A DNA stretch of 64,000 bases from Thermoproteota archaeon (GTDB taxonomy: Archaea > Thermoproteota > Thermoprotei > Gearchaeales > Gearchaeaceae), in NCBI GenBank assembly GCA_032249235.1, contig JAVVGF010000001.1, forward strand, positions 5,925-69,924, in the 5' to 3' direction. Below the pieces are notes generated by a model, which was given only the letters and a program-made list of their open reading frames with translations, was not told the DNA's origin and did no database searches. The number at the start of each line of letters is the position of its first letter. Position 1 is the first letter of the stretch. A program made the translations under genes and the position numbers. Shown here piece after piece: positions 44,429 to 53,725 of this stretch.

Positions 44429-45128
44429 TTATCTTTTCAAATATTTCATAATCTTCAATTACTTCTACTTTTCTGTTTCTAAAGAATTTATTTACATTCT
44501 TTATATCCCTCAAAAGAAAATTTAATGCATTAGGGTGATTTTTCTTAACAGATTGCCCAAAATCTAGAAAGTATGGTTCTTTCTTAAAATAAGCGATATT
44601 AAATTCAGAAAGATCTGCATGAACTATTCCTGCTTTGTACAATTTCTCAATAAACTCAATTATTCTTTTATATAAATACTCAAAATCAGCTTCATTTATA
44701 GTATAAATCAAAGGAGCTGGAGCTCCGTTTTCTCCTAGAAATTCCATTACTAATATGTTATTTAGGAAAAAAATCGGTTTTGGCACATTCACTCCTGCAT
44801 TATATGCTATGTTTAAATGATTGAATTCTCTCCTACACCATTCGAATACAGCAAGCCTAAAATTTTTTGAATAAATCCTATACAATTCATCATCTAAATA
44901 CATCCTCATACCTCTTTTGAACTCAGCAGAGCTTGTTAAATAGATCTTAACAGCTAGAGGTTCATCATTTTTTGTAAAGGCTAAATATACTCTAGATTCT
45001 TTTCCAGATGAAATAGCACCATTAAATCTATCCAAGATACCCTTTCTTATAATTTTGTATGCTGTCATTACAGTTGAATAATCAAATACTTCTTCAAGTG
45101 TAGCAAAACGCTCGCTATCTTTTTCCAT
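44418..45128 (-). CDS. rio1: RIO-type serine protein kinase (Rio1-like, no N-terminal wHTH)
   Basis: 236 aa. ISSGKESRVYLA nucleotide loop, catalytic GIVHADLSEFNI, metal-binding FLDFGQS. Confidence 0.85.
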   Translation of the reverse strand: MEKDSERFATLEEVFDYSTVMTAYKIIRKGILDRFNGAISSGKESRVYLAFTKNDEPLAVKIYLTSSAEFKRGMRMYLDDELYRIYSKNFRLAVFEWCRREFNHLNIAYNAGVNVPKPIFFLNNILVMEFLGENGAPAPLIYTINEADFEYLYKRIIEFIEKLYKAGIVHADLSEFNIAYFKKEPYFLDFGQSVKKNHPNALNFLLRDIKNVNKFFRNRKVEVIEDYEIFEKIINL

Positions 45129-45167
45129 ACAAGTTAAAATACGTTTCTTTCAATATTTGTCTATAAT

Positions 45168-45710
45168 ATGTCAACAAGCATAATAGTTAAGATTTCTCAA
45201 AACTTTATTTCAAAAATAAAAAAAGAACCTTCTTTGTTAGAAGAAATTGAAAGATATGCGTATTCAACAATCCAAATCGATGAAGCTGCAGGCTCATTAA
45301 TAATAAAAGGTAAAGATAATAAAAGCGATGTATTGAAAGTAAGAGATTTCGTAATAGCACTGGATAATTGTGTGGATGAAAATATAGCTAAAGAAATATT
45401 GAAGAAAGATTTGATGCTTTATTTAATAGATCTAAAAGATATTGTGTCAAAAGATGAAGTGAAAAGGATTATGGCTAGGATAATAGGCGAAGGAGGGAAA
45501 ATAAAGGCAAAGATTTCAGAAGTAACAGGTTGTCATATAACGATAAATGATTCAAGAATTTTATTAATTGGTAATTTCGATGAAGTGGAATATGCAAAGC
45601 AAGCAATACAAATTATTGTGGATGGTTCCCCTTTTGCAAGATTGTTCAAATACTTAGATAAAGTAAAAAGAGAAAAACAATTAAAGCAAATTGAAGAATA
45701 TACTAAATGA
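45168..45710 (+). CDS. KH-domain RNA-binding protein (Dim2/Pno1-like)
   Basis: 180 aa. KH GxxG region ARIIGEGGKIKAKISEVTG. Conserved neighbourhood aIF1A-Rio-KH. Confidence 0.7.
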   Translation: MSTSIIVKISQNFISKIKKEPSLLEEIERYAYSTIQIDEAAGSLIIKGKDNKSDVLKVRDFVIALDNCVDENIAKEILKKDLMLYLIDLKDIVSKDEVKRIMARIIGEGGKIKAKISEVTGCHITINDSRILLIGNFDEVEYAKQAIQIIVDGSPFARLFKYLDKVKREKQLKQIEEYTK

Positions 45711-47218
45711 TCAAATTCGAGGAAATATCACCTTCAGATTTCTTTTATAGAAATAAAGAAATAGCTGGCTTTGAAAATCCAGCTAAGGCATGCTATACTA
45801 TTGTAAGAGAGTTTCTTGAAAATTCTCTAGACGCTTGCGAATTAGGAGGCTTTCTTCCTGAAATCGAAATTTATATGAAATCAGTCAATATAGAAGAGAA
45901 AAGATTGAGAATAAAAGTTATTGATAATGGAATTGGAGTGCCGCATGACAAGATACCTTTAGCATTCGGAAAAATATTATACAGCTCAAAATATGTTTTG
46001 AGACAACATCGCGGAATATTTGGCCTAGGAGGAAAAATGGCTGTATTGTATTCACAGATAACGACTAACAATCCATTTCGAGTAATTTCTGCAACGCCTA
46101 ATAATGGGTATATTTCCTTCTATGAATTAAAGATAGATATTTTGAGAAATGAACCTATTATTCTAAAAAGATCAAAAATAATCAACCAGAATGGTTGGCA
46201 TGGATTAATTCTTGAATGTGAATTCATCGGGGATTATCTTTTATCAAAGAAGAAGATTTTCGAATATCTTTTCCAAACATCTATCGCAGTTCCTTATGCA
46301 AGAATTTATTATCAAGATTATGAAGGCAATGCGCTTCTTTTTGAAAGGAAAACAGATAAGATTCCTCCCATTCCTGAGGAAACTCTTTTACATCCAAAAG
46401 GTGTAGATCTTGAAATGCTAAAAAGACTTATAAAAATCAATCCAAATTTACCCTTGAATCGCTTTCTCGCAAAGAACTTTCAAAGAATAGGTCAAAAAGC
46501 TGCAGAAGAAATATTAAAACTTGCTAATATAGAATTTGAAAAACCTGTTTCTAAATTAACTGAAGAAGAAATTGTTAGGTTATATAACGTAATGAAATCT
46601 TATCCATTTAAAAGACCAAGCGCTAATTCTTTATCTCCTCTCGGCGAAAGTTTCGCTATTGGCATTAAAGAAACTTTTAATCCTGAATTTTTATCCTATG
46701 ACATGAGAGAACCTTCAAGTTTTGAAGGTCATCCGTTTATTGTAGAAACTGCTATAGCTTATGGAGGTGATATACCAATTCCTGAACAAAATGAAATAAA
46801 TCTATTTAGATTTGCTAATAAAATACCTTTAATATATGATAGCTACAATGATGTATCAATGAAAGTTATAAAAAATATTAACTGGAGTATTTATAAATTA
46901 AATATTTATCAAGAACCAATTGCATTTTTTGTTCATATATGCTCTACTAAGATACCATATAAAACATTGGGAAAAGAATATATAGCAAATCAGCCAGAAA
47001 TTTATAAAGAAATAGAATTATCTATAAGAAAAAATGCAAGACTATTATCTGCATATATAAATAAAAAAAGGATCATTGAATATCAAAAAATCAGATATAA
47101 ATATTTAAAAGAGTATATTGAGAAAATAGCTAACTTTGCATGCATTTTAGCCAATGAAGATCCCAAAAAGATTAAGAATAACATTGTGAAGTTGGTCGAG
47201 ATTAATGATGCCAGTTAA
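45707..47218 (+). CDS. top6B: DNA topoisomerase VI subunit B
   Basis: 503 aa. Bergerat fold N box VREFLENSLDAC, G1 box IDNGIGV, G2 GIFGLGGKMA. Confidence 0.9.
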   Translation: MIKFEEISPSDFFYRNKEIAGFENPAKACYTIVREFLENSLDACELGGFLPEIEIYMKSVNIEEKRLRIKVIDNGIGVPHDKIPLAFGKILYSSKYVLRQHRGIFGLGGKMAVLYSQITTNNPFRVISATPNNGYISFYELKIDILRNEPIILKRSKIINQNGWHGLILECEFIGDYLLSKKKIFEYLFQTSIAVPYARIYYQDYEGNALLFERKTDKIPPIPEETLLHPKGVDLEMLKRLIKINPNLPLNRFLAKNFQRIGQKAAEEILKLANIEFEKPVSKLTEEEIVRLYNVMKSYPFKRPSANSLSPLGESFAIGIKETFNPEFLSYDMREPSSFEGHPFIVETAIAYGGDIPIPEQNEINLFRFANKIPLIYDSYNDVSMKVIKNINWSIYKLNIYQEPIAFFVHICSTKIPYKTLGKEYIANQPEIYKEIELSIRKNARLLSAYINKKRIIEYQKIRYKYLKEYIEKIANFACILANEDPKKIKNNIVKLVEINDAS

Positions 47219-48266
47219 TGATAAGTTAACTTTAATTGGTAAAGAAATATTAGAACAAATAAAAAGAGAGAATTTTCCTTCAATAACTTTTCCTTTACGT
47301 TCTGTAAGCAATATAATATATGATGAAGAGACAGGCATAGTAAAACTTGGAAACAAAAAAGTCACAAGAAGAGCGAGTAATGTTAAACAGGCTAAAGTTT
47401 TTTCTCAATTACTTTGGATTGCATCTTTTGCAAAGAAGGAATTATTAGAAAAAAATAGATCATGTAGTTTGAGAGATCTTTTTTACAACTCTTTCAATGA
47501 TATAAAGATAAAATTTCAGGATCAAGATGAATCTGATAAACTCGTTGTTGAGCTTGAAACTATACTTGAAGTAGCAAGAGAACATTTCAATATAATTCCT
47601 GAAGAAAAAAGTTCAATATTTGGGGATCTCGTTGTCGAATATACGATGCCTCCAACTCATAAGGGGCAAAGAGTCAGTCTTACTACAGATCCTGATGGTA
47701 AAAATATTGGTTTGTCATTGGCAACAGCAAAGTTCGTTGATGTCAAAGCTTCAATGGTAATAGTCATAGAAAAAGGAGCTATATTTAGAAGATTTATCGA
47801 AGAACAAGTATACAAAAAATTAAATGCAATTTTGATCGATAGCGGCGGCCAAGCTCCTAGGTTTACTAGAATGTTGATAAGAAGGCTTAATAAAGAATTG
47901 GGTTTACCTGTATATATTTTAACAGATGCAGATCCTTGGGGTATGCATATTGCAAGAGTAATAATATCAGGTTCAGCTATCTCAGCACATATTCCTGAGC
48001 TTGCAACACCAGATGCAAAATGGTTGGGTATTTACGCTACTGATATAAAGAAATACAATTTACCTTCAATTCCTTTAACTCAACTTGATATTCACAGATT
48101 GGAAACGATGAAGAGAGATCCTAGATATAGCAAAGGTATATGGAAGGATCAACTAGAAGAATTTCTAAAAATTAAAGTTAAGGCTGAGCTTGAAGCTTTC
48201 AGCAAATATGGATTGACTGCAATCATTGACAAATATTTAATGAAGAAGATGAAAGAAGTCAAGTGA
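47205..48266 (+). CDS. top6A: DNA topoisomerase VI subunit A (Spo11-like)
   Basis: 353 aa. CAP-like region with LRDLFY (catalytic Tyr region), Toprim VIEKGAIF and LTDADPWGMHI. Confidence 0.9.
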   Translation: MMPVNDKLTLIGKEILEQIKRENFPSITFPLRSVSNIIYDEETGIVKLGNKKVTRRASNVKQAKVFSQLLWIASFAKKELLEKNRSCSLRDLFYNSFNDIKIKFQDQDESDKLVVELETILEVAREHFNIIPEEKSSIFGDLVVEYTMPPTHKGQRVSLTTDPDGKNIGLSLATAKFVDVKASMVIVIEKGAIFRRFIEEQVYKKLNAILIDSGGQAPRFTRMLIRRLNKELGLPVYILTDADPWGMHIARVIISGSAISAHIPELATPDAKWLGIYATDIKKYNLPSIPLTQLDIHRLETMKRDPRYSKGIWKDQLEEFLKIKVKAELEAFSKYGLTAIIDKYLMKKMKEVK

Positions 48267-48305
48267 TTCAATCTTTTTATTCTTCTATTATCTAATTTTT
48301 TATAC

Positions 48306-49457
48306 ATGTCATTTTACGACGTGATAATAGTAGGAGCAGGCCCAGCAGGGGCTGCAGCTGCTAAATCAGCAGCTAAAAATGGAGCTAAAGTTTTATTGAT
48401 AGAAAAACATCCTACAATACAAGCAAATAAGCCTTGTGGAGAAGCTGTTAGTGCTAGGACGTTCGAGACTGCAGGAATACCTATAAAAGATGAATTCATT
48501 GTAAATGTTGCCTATGCTCAGGTTTATTCTCCTTCATTGAAAAGAATAGATATCAAAGAAAAAGGTTTCTTAATAAATAAATCGAGATTTATACAAGAGC
48601 TAGTTGTTCATGCTGTGGAAAATGGTGCTGAGGTAAAAGTAAGAGAAGAAGTCAAGGAAGCTGGTTTCGATGTTAATGATAAATTAGTTAAAGTGAAAAC
48701 AGTTCATGGAGAATATAAGTGCAAAGTTTTAATAGGTGCTGATGGTTATGCTTCTGTCGTTGCTAGAAGTTTTGGAATAAATGAGAAATCTGAGCCTATA
48801 CCTACTGTTCAATACATAATGGTAGGTAAAAAATTTAGAGATATCGATGCAGTCCGTTTTTATGTAGCAAATAAATGGGCTCCAAAAGGCTATGCATGGA
48901 TATTTCCAAAAAATGAAAAAATGGCTGAGGTAGGCGTTGGGGTAAGAGGCGGACCTGCAAAATTATTTCTAGATAAATTCATTCAAGATTTTAAAGAAGA
49001 ACTAGGAGGAGCTCAAATAATAGATTATAGAGGAGCACCTGTGCCAATAGGAGGTATGATCAATAATGATGTTTCTGACGGTTTCATACTTATAGGTGAT
49101 GCAGCAGGTACAGTAATGCCTTTAACAGGTGGAGGAATTCATTCATGTGTTGCTTCAGGAATGATAGCTGGTGAAGTTGCTGCAAAAGCTGCGTTAGAAG
49201 GTAATAATAGTAAAGAAAGATTGATGGGGTATCGCAGAAGATATGATGAGTATTGGGGGGATAGAATCAAGAAAAGCCTCAAAGCGATGCGCGTTCTTGA
49301 AAGATTGAGCGATGAAGAATTGGATGAGCTTGCAGATATTTTAGTTGATAGTGATATCTTAGATTTAGCGAATGGCTTAGATATTAAAAGAGTAGCTCTT
49401 AAGCTTTTATCTCATCCAAGACTTGCTATAAGTGTAGCGAAAGCATTATTAAGTTGA
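48306..49457 (+). CDS. geranylgeranyl reductase family FAD-dependent oxidoreductase
   Basis: 383 aa. YDVIIVGAGPAGAAAAKSAAKNGAKVLLIEK, GADG, PKGYAWIFPK, LIGDAAG motifs. Confidence 0.85.
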   Translation: MSFYDVIIVGAGPAGAAAAKSAAKNGAKVLLIEKHPTIQANKPCGEAVSARTFETAGIPIKDEFIVNVAYAQVYSPSLKRIDIKEKGFLINKSRFIQELVVHAVENGAEVKVREEVKEAGFDVNDKLVKVKTVHGEYKCKVLIGADGYASVVARSFGINEKSEPIPTVQYIMVGKKFRDIDAVRFYVANKWAPKGYAWIFPKNEKMAEVGVGVRGGPAKLFLDKFIQDFKEELGGAQIIDYRGAPVPIGGMINNDVSDGFILIGDAAGTVMPLTGGGIHSCVASGMIAGEVAAKAALEGNNSKERLMGYRRRYDEYWGDRIKKSLKAMRVLERLSDEELDELADILVDSDILDLANGLDIKRVALKLLSHPRLAISVAKALLS

Positions 49458-49906
49458 AGAGAGGGACATTAGATGAATTAGATTTAAAGATTCTCAAAGC
49501 ACTTGTAGAAAATGGTAGATTATCTGCGCGAAAACTATCTGAAATGTTAAACGTTTCTGTAGGAACGATTATAAAAAGAATAGAAAAGCTAGAGCAAGAT
49601 GGTATAATATTAGGATATACTGCTATAGTCAATCATGAGAAATTAGGTTATGATTTAGTATCTATAATTGAAGTTCGCGTTTCTCAAGGTAAACTGCTCG
49701 ATGTTGAGAATCAGATAGCTAAATTACCTAATGTTTATGGTGTATACGACATAACGGGAGATTATGATGCCTTGATAATTGCGAGATTTAAAAGCAGGAA
49801 AGAATTGGATAATTTCATAAAAACTCTATTAGCAATGCCCTATGTTGAAAGAACCAGAACTCATTTTGTTTTAAATGTTGTAAAAGAGGATAATAGATTC
49901 ATATGA
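49454..49906 (+). CDS. lrp: Lrp/AsnC family transcriptional regulator
   Basis: 150 aa, TTG start overlapping the upstream TGA (GTTGA). LDELDLKILKALVENGRLSARKLSEMLNVSVGTIIKRIEKLE HTH plus a C-terminal RAM domain. Confidence 0.85.
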   Translation: MKRGTLDELDLKILKALVENGRLSARKLSEMLNVSVGTIIKRIEKLEQDGIILGYTAIVNHEKLGYDLVSIIEVRVSQGKLLDVENQIAKLPNVYGVYDITGDYDALIIARFKSRKELDNFIKTLLAMPYVERTRTHFVLNVVKEDNRFI

Positions 49907-50655
49907 GTGAAAGAGGAGCAATTTGTCTAGTAAGCGGTGGAGTAGATAGCGTTACATGTTTATATTATGTAAAATATCGATTAAAACCAAAAGATTTGAA
50001 AATAATATTTTGCAACTACGGTCAAAGGACGTTTGAAGAAGAAGCTTATTGCATCAAGAAAATAGCTAGCTTATTGAATTCAGAATTAAAGATAATAGAT
50101 TTGAGATGGCTTGGTGAAATAAGTACTTCATTGCTTACTAAAAAAGACGTTGAGATTCCTGAAACGAAGATAGAAGATTTATGGGATCCTGAAAAAGCAA
50201 AAGCTAGAATTTTGAGATGGTGGGACCCATGTAGAAACGCAATACTAATATTAGTAGCATTAGCTCATGCAGAAAGCCTAGATATAAAATATGGAATGAA
50301 GTATGATGTATACATTGGCATTAGAAGAGAAACGCCTATAGCTATGAAAGATAATACTCCTGAATTTATAGAGATCATGAATAAAGTCGTAGAACATGCT
50401 ACACATTATGGTGGATATAAAGTTTATGCGCCTTTAATAACTTACGATAAAGATAAAGTAGTTAAGTTAGGTGAAGAGCTAAAAGTTCCTTGGCAATTTA
50501 CTTATAGTTGCTATAGAGGCGGTTTAGGTTTTACAGAAATAGAAGGTGAGAAAATACCAATTCATTGTGGATGGTGTAGTAATTGTAGAAGAAGAATTCT
50601 AGCTTTCAAAGATGCTGGTATTAAGGATCCATCATATTATTTAAAAAGTTTTTAA
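49903..50655 (+). CDS. queC: 7-cyano-7-deazaguanine synthase
   Basis: 250 aa. PP-loop CLVSGGVDSVT, C-terminal zinc cluster SCY...CGWCSNCRRR. Confidence 0.85.
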   Translation: MSERGAICLVSGGVDSVTCLYYVKYRLKPKDLKIIFCNYGQRTFEEEAYCIKKIASLLNSELKIIDLRWLGEISTSLLTKKDVEIPETKIEDLWDPEKAKARILRWWDPCRNAILILVALAHAESLDIKYGMKYDVYIGIRRETPIAMKDNTPEFIEIMNKVVEHATHYGGYKVYAPLITYDKDKVVKLGEELKVPWQFTYSCYRGGLGFTEIEGEKIPIHCGWCSNCRRRILAFKDAGIKDPSYYLKSF

Positions 50656-50729
50656 TTAAATTATTAAATATCTAATTTTAAATAATATTAATAAAAGTTT
50701 TTATCTTTAATTTTAATTATTATTAAATT

Positions 50730-51209
50730 ATGATAGATAGATCTCAGTTTAGAGAGATCATGTCATATTTTGCCACAGGAGTTACGATCGTAGCTGTGAA
50801 CATTAATTCGAAACCTTATGGTCTTACTGTTAATTCTTTTACTTCAGTATCTTTAGAACCACCTTTAATATTGATTTGTATCCAGAAAGGTAAGAAAGCT
50901 CATGATATGATTTCTAGAGCAAAATTTTTCAGTATTAATATATTAACGAGCGAACAAGAGCATTTATCAGTTAGATTTGCAGATCCTAAAATTGAAGACA
51001 TTAGATTTGAAGGTGTAGATTATGAAATAGATGAATATGGTTGTCCTCTTATTAAAAACTGTTTAGCCTATATAATATGCAGAAAATACAAAGAATATGA
51101 TGGAGGCGATCATACAATTTTCTTAGGTGAAATTGTTGAAATGATTAAAGGTCAAGAGAAACTTCCTTTAATCTTCTTCAAAAGAAATTATTATACGATT
51201 AAAATTTAA
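50730..51209 (+). CDS. flavin reductase-like FMN-binding (split-barrel) protein
   Basis: 159 aa. FREIMSYFATGVTIVAV...GLTVNSFTSVSLEPPLILICI signature. Confidence 0.8.
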   Translation: MIDRSQFREIMSYFATGVTIVAVNINSKPYGLTVNSFTSVSLEPPLILICIQKGKKAHDMISRAKFFSINILTSEQEHLSVRFADPKIEDIRFEGVDYEIDEYGCPLIKNCLAYIICRKYKEYDGGDHTIFLGEIVEMIKGQEKLPLIFFKRNYYTIKI

Positions 51210-52071
51210 TTTGCGGCGTTGCTGGATCTAAATACATTATTAAGAATATTAAAGCGAGATAAGGTGTTGAGAATTTAAATAATAGCCATGCATTTTTCTT
51301 TGTCGGATTCAATAATATTTTCGCTACAATAGCGAAGAAAATTGCATTCAATATGATGCTACCTGTTATGTAAATCAAGCCTAAGCCACCCACATAACTT
51401 ATCAGCAGTGATATTATCGGCAAAGGTATAGATGATATAGCTATGTATTTTGCTGCTTTCTTTTCATCTGGGATTGCTGTAAGCATTTTTATGTTAGCTC
51501 TCATATAATCATCGTTTCTTCTCAACGCTAAAGCCCAGATATGCGGGTTTGTCCAAAAATATATTAACATGCCCAATAAGAAAGCGAAGAAATTGAAGCT
51601 TCCTGTTGCTGCAGCCCATCCTCCCCATGCAGTGCAATTACCTGCAAATCCTCCTATTATTACGTTAAGAGTAGTTCTTTTTTTCAAAAAGGTATATAGC
51701 ATATAAATGACAGTCGCTAAAGATATGAAAAAGGAGGTCATGAGATTAACGAAGATATAGGCTAAGGCTATACCTGAAATAATTAGAATAACTCCTGAAT
51801 AAAAAGCAAAAGAAGGGCTTATGGTTCCTTTAACCAAAGGTCTTTTCTTTGTCCTATCCATTATTCTATCGCTATCGACTTCAAAATATTCGTTCAATGC
51901 TCCATTACCCATTATTGCAAGAGTTCCTGAAATTATCATAAATGAAAATTTTAATAGATCGAATTCATAACCTACTTTTATAGCTAGCAAATATGAAAAG
52001 ATCGCAGTGAATATTAGCAACGTCCATACTCTAAACTTATAGAGCACTATTAGATCCTTAATCTTTTTCAC
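51199..52071 (-). CDS. ctaB: protoheme IX farnesyltransferase (heme O synthase, UbiA family)
   Basis: 290 aa, about 8-9 TM. NEYFEVDSDRIMDRTKKRPLVKG matches the N..D...D..M.RT..RPL motif of CtaB/CyoE. Confidence 0.8.
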   Translation of the reverse strand: MKKIKDLIVLYKFRVWTLLIFTAIFSYLLAIKVGYEFDLLKFSFMIISGTLAIMGNGALNEYFEVDSDRIMDRTKKRPLVKGTISPSFAFYSGVILIISGIALAYIFVNLMTSFFISLATVIYMLYTFLKKRTTLNVIIGGFAGNCTAWGGWAAATGSFNFFAFLLGMLIYFWTNPHIWALALRRNDDYMRANIKMLTAIPDEKKAAKYIAISSIPLPIISLLISYVGGLGLIYITGSIILNAIFFAIVAKILLNPTKKNAWLLFKFSTPYLALIFLIMYLDPATPQIKF

Positions 52072-52132
52072 CTTTGCTTTCTTAATCTATCTATTTTAAT
52101 AATCTAACTATACCTACTTATATAATTGTATA

Positions 52133-52615
52133 ATGCAAGAAGTTTTCGCTGCAGTAGCAATAATAGTTAGGAGAAACAATGAAGTATTATTCGTAAAAAG
52201 GAAAAAAAGAGAAGGAGATCCTTGGTCCGGCGATGTAGCTTTACCTGGAGGAATGCATAAAAAAGAAGATTTAGAATTGATAAATACTGCAATAAGAGAA
52301 GTTAAAGAGGAAGTGGGGATAGATCTTTCCAAGCATGAATATATTGGCTCACTTCCTTTCCTTTCAAGCATTGTGAGGAAAGAGCTTAAGGTGAAAGCAT
52401 TTATATTTGCTTTAAAAAACGAGGAATTTCCTGTAAAGAATGAGGAAATTGATGATTTTTACTGGATTTCATTGAAAAAACTAAAGAGAAAATTTGTGTA
52501 TATCGAAAAGATTAAAAAAAGAAGAATAGCTTATGTTTATGAAAATATAACGATATGGGGTTTGACTTATAGAATACTTACTTTATTGAAGAAACTATAT
52601 CCTCAATTTTTTTAG
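52133..52615 (+). CDS. Nudix hydrolase, CoA-pyrophosphatase-like
   Basis: 160 aa. Nudix box GGMHKKEDLELINTAIREVKEEVGI preceded by VLFVKRKKREGDPWSGDVALPGG, which resembles the CoA-pyrophosphatase signature. Confidence 0.7.
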   Translation: MQEVFAAVAIIVRRNNEVLFVKRKKREGDPWSGDVALPGGMHKKEDLELINTAIREVKEEVGIDLSKHEYIGSLPFLSSIVRKELKVKAFIFALKNEEFPVKNEEIDDFYWISLKKLKRKFVYIEKIKKRRIAYVYENITIWGLTYRILTLLKKLYPQFF

Positions 52616-52871
52616 CTAGAATGAAATCGAGTTCTGTGATCCCACCTTCATCATGTGTAGTCAATTTTATTGTTAACTTATTGTAATCCTTTAATTCTAT
52701 ATCTGGATGATGTTCAAGTTCCTCAGCTATTGGAACAATTTTATTTATGAAATTTACTGCACTTACGAAATCATTGAATTGTAAGCTTCTTATCAAGTAG
52801 TCACCTTCTTTTCTCCAATTCTTAAGCTCCTTTAATCTTTCAACAATCTCTGCTTCTGACAATTTAACCAT
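52578..52871 (-). CDS. pterin-4-alpha-carbinolamine dehydratase (PCD/DCoH)
   Basis: 97 aa. ...FNDFVSAVNFINKIVPIAEELEHHPDIEL..YNKLTIKLTTHDEGGIT is the canonical PCD core. 38-nt convergent overlap with the Nudix gene. Confidence 0.85.
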   Translation of the reverse strand: MVKLSEAEIVERLKELKNWRKEGDYLIRSLQFNDFVSAVNFINKIVPIAEELEHHPDIELKDYNKLTIKLTTHDEGGITELDFILAKKIEDIVSSIK

Positions 52872-52881
52872 ATTATATAAG

Positions 52882-53292
52882 CTAGAAATAAAGTATTAAA
52901 TCTGCTTCGCTAATAAGAGAGGAGATTTCGAACAAAGTTGCAAGATCAAAAATTTTATTTAACATTTCAGAATCTCCAATCCGCTTAGATAGACTTGTTG
53001 CAATAGTAGATGTATTGCATACTTTTACTTTAATTTTAAATTTTCTTTTAAGCATCTCTAAAAATTCTATATGATTTCTTGTATTAGTCAAGTCCAAACC
53101 TGTTTGAGTTTGTATAGCTTGCTTAATATCTTCTTTTAATTCAATGAACAAATTCTTCCTTGCCAAATTTACTGCTTCATCAATTAATATTAAGGAAACT
53201 TCATGCGAACGGGAGAAAAAAGCCAAATATGCGAGCGGTACAAAAATTTTCTCGTCTTTATATAATTTATTTAGAATAAGGCAAATCTTCAA
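52882..53292 (-). CDS. small soluble protein, DsrE/TusD-like pattern (tentative)
   Basis: 136 aa. MKICLIL first strand, HEVSLILIDEAVNL, KVKVCNTS, C-terminal EADLILYF are colinear with the DsrE-family layout. Last gene of the Rieske/cyt b operon (4-nt overlap upstream). Confidence 0.35.
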   Translation of the reverse strand: MKICLILNKLYKDEKIFVPLAYLAFFSRSHEVSLILIDEAVNLARKNLFIELKEDIKQAIQTQTGLDLTNTRNHIEFLEMLKRKFKIKVKVCNTSTIATSLSKRIGDSEMLNKIFDLATLFEISSLISEADLILYF

Positions 53293-53525
53293 CCTTCTGC
53301 TTCCATTTCAATTACTCTATCCTCACCAGGCTTGAAAGCTTTATCATATACATGTATAATGGCAGCCATGGCGAAAAGAAGGATTGCAACAAATATACCC
53401 GCATTTCTCTGTTGTTCATAGCTTAAAAAAGGATATTGAAGATATATTAGAATCACTAGTATTATCTGTAATATTAATAAGCCAATGATTATATAGCTGG
53501 CACTTCTTTTATCCATCTTACTCAC
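53289..53525 (-). CDS. 78-aa two-helix membrane protein, unknown
   Basis: Two hydrophobic helices (YIIIGLLILQIILVILIYL; GIFVAILLFAMAAIIHV). ATGA-type 4-nt overlaps on both sides tie it into the cyt b operon. Confidence 0.45.
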   Translation of the reverse strand: MSKMDKRSASYIIIGLLILQIILVILIYLQYPFLSYEQQRNAGIFVAILLFAMAAIIHVYDKAFKPGEDRVIEMEAEG

Positions 53526-53725
53526 CTATTAGACTTATATAATAATGTTATGAAGAACAATGTTAAAAAGCCAACTAAGAAACCTAAAAATACGCCGCTT
53601 GCAAGAGTTAAAATATTCATTCCTCCTGCAATCATGCTTCTTATTAGGCTCACTAATTGGTATGTTGAAATTATGTATACCAACATCATAATGCTGAGTA
53701 AAAATAACATCTTATTCATATCCAT
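53522..53725 (-). CDS. 67-aa two-helix membrane protein, unknown
   Basis: Two hydrophobic helices. Overlaps the cytochrome b stop by 10 nt and the next gene by 4 nt. Confidence 0.45.
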   Translation of the reverse strand: MDMNKMLFLLSIMMLVYIISTYQLVSLIRSMIAGGMNILTLASGVFLGFLVGFLTLFFITLLYKSNR

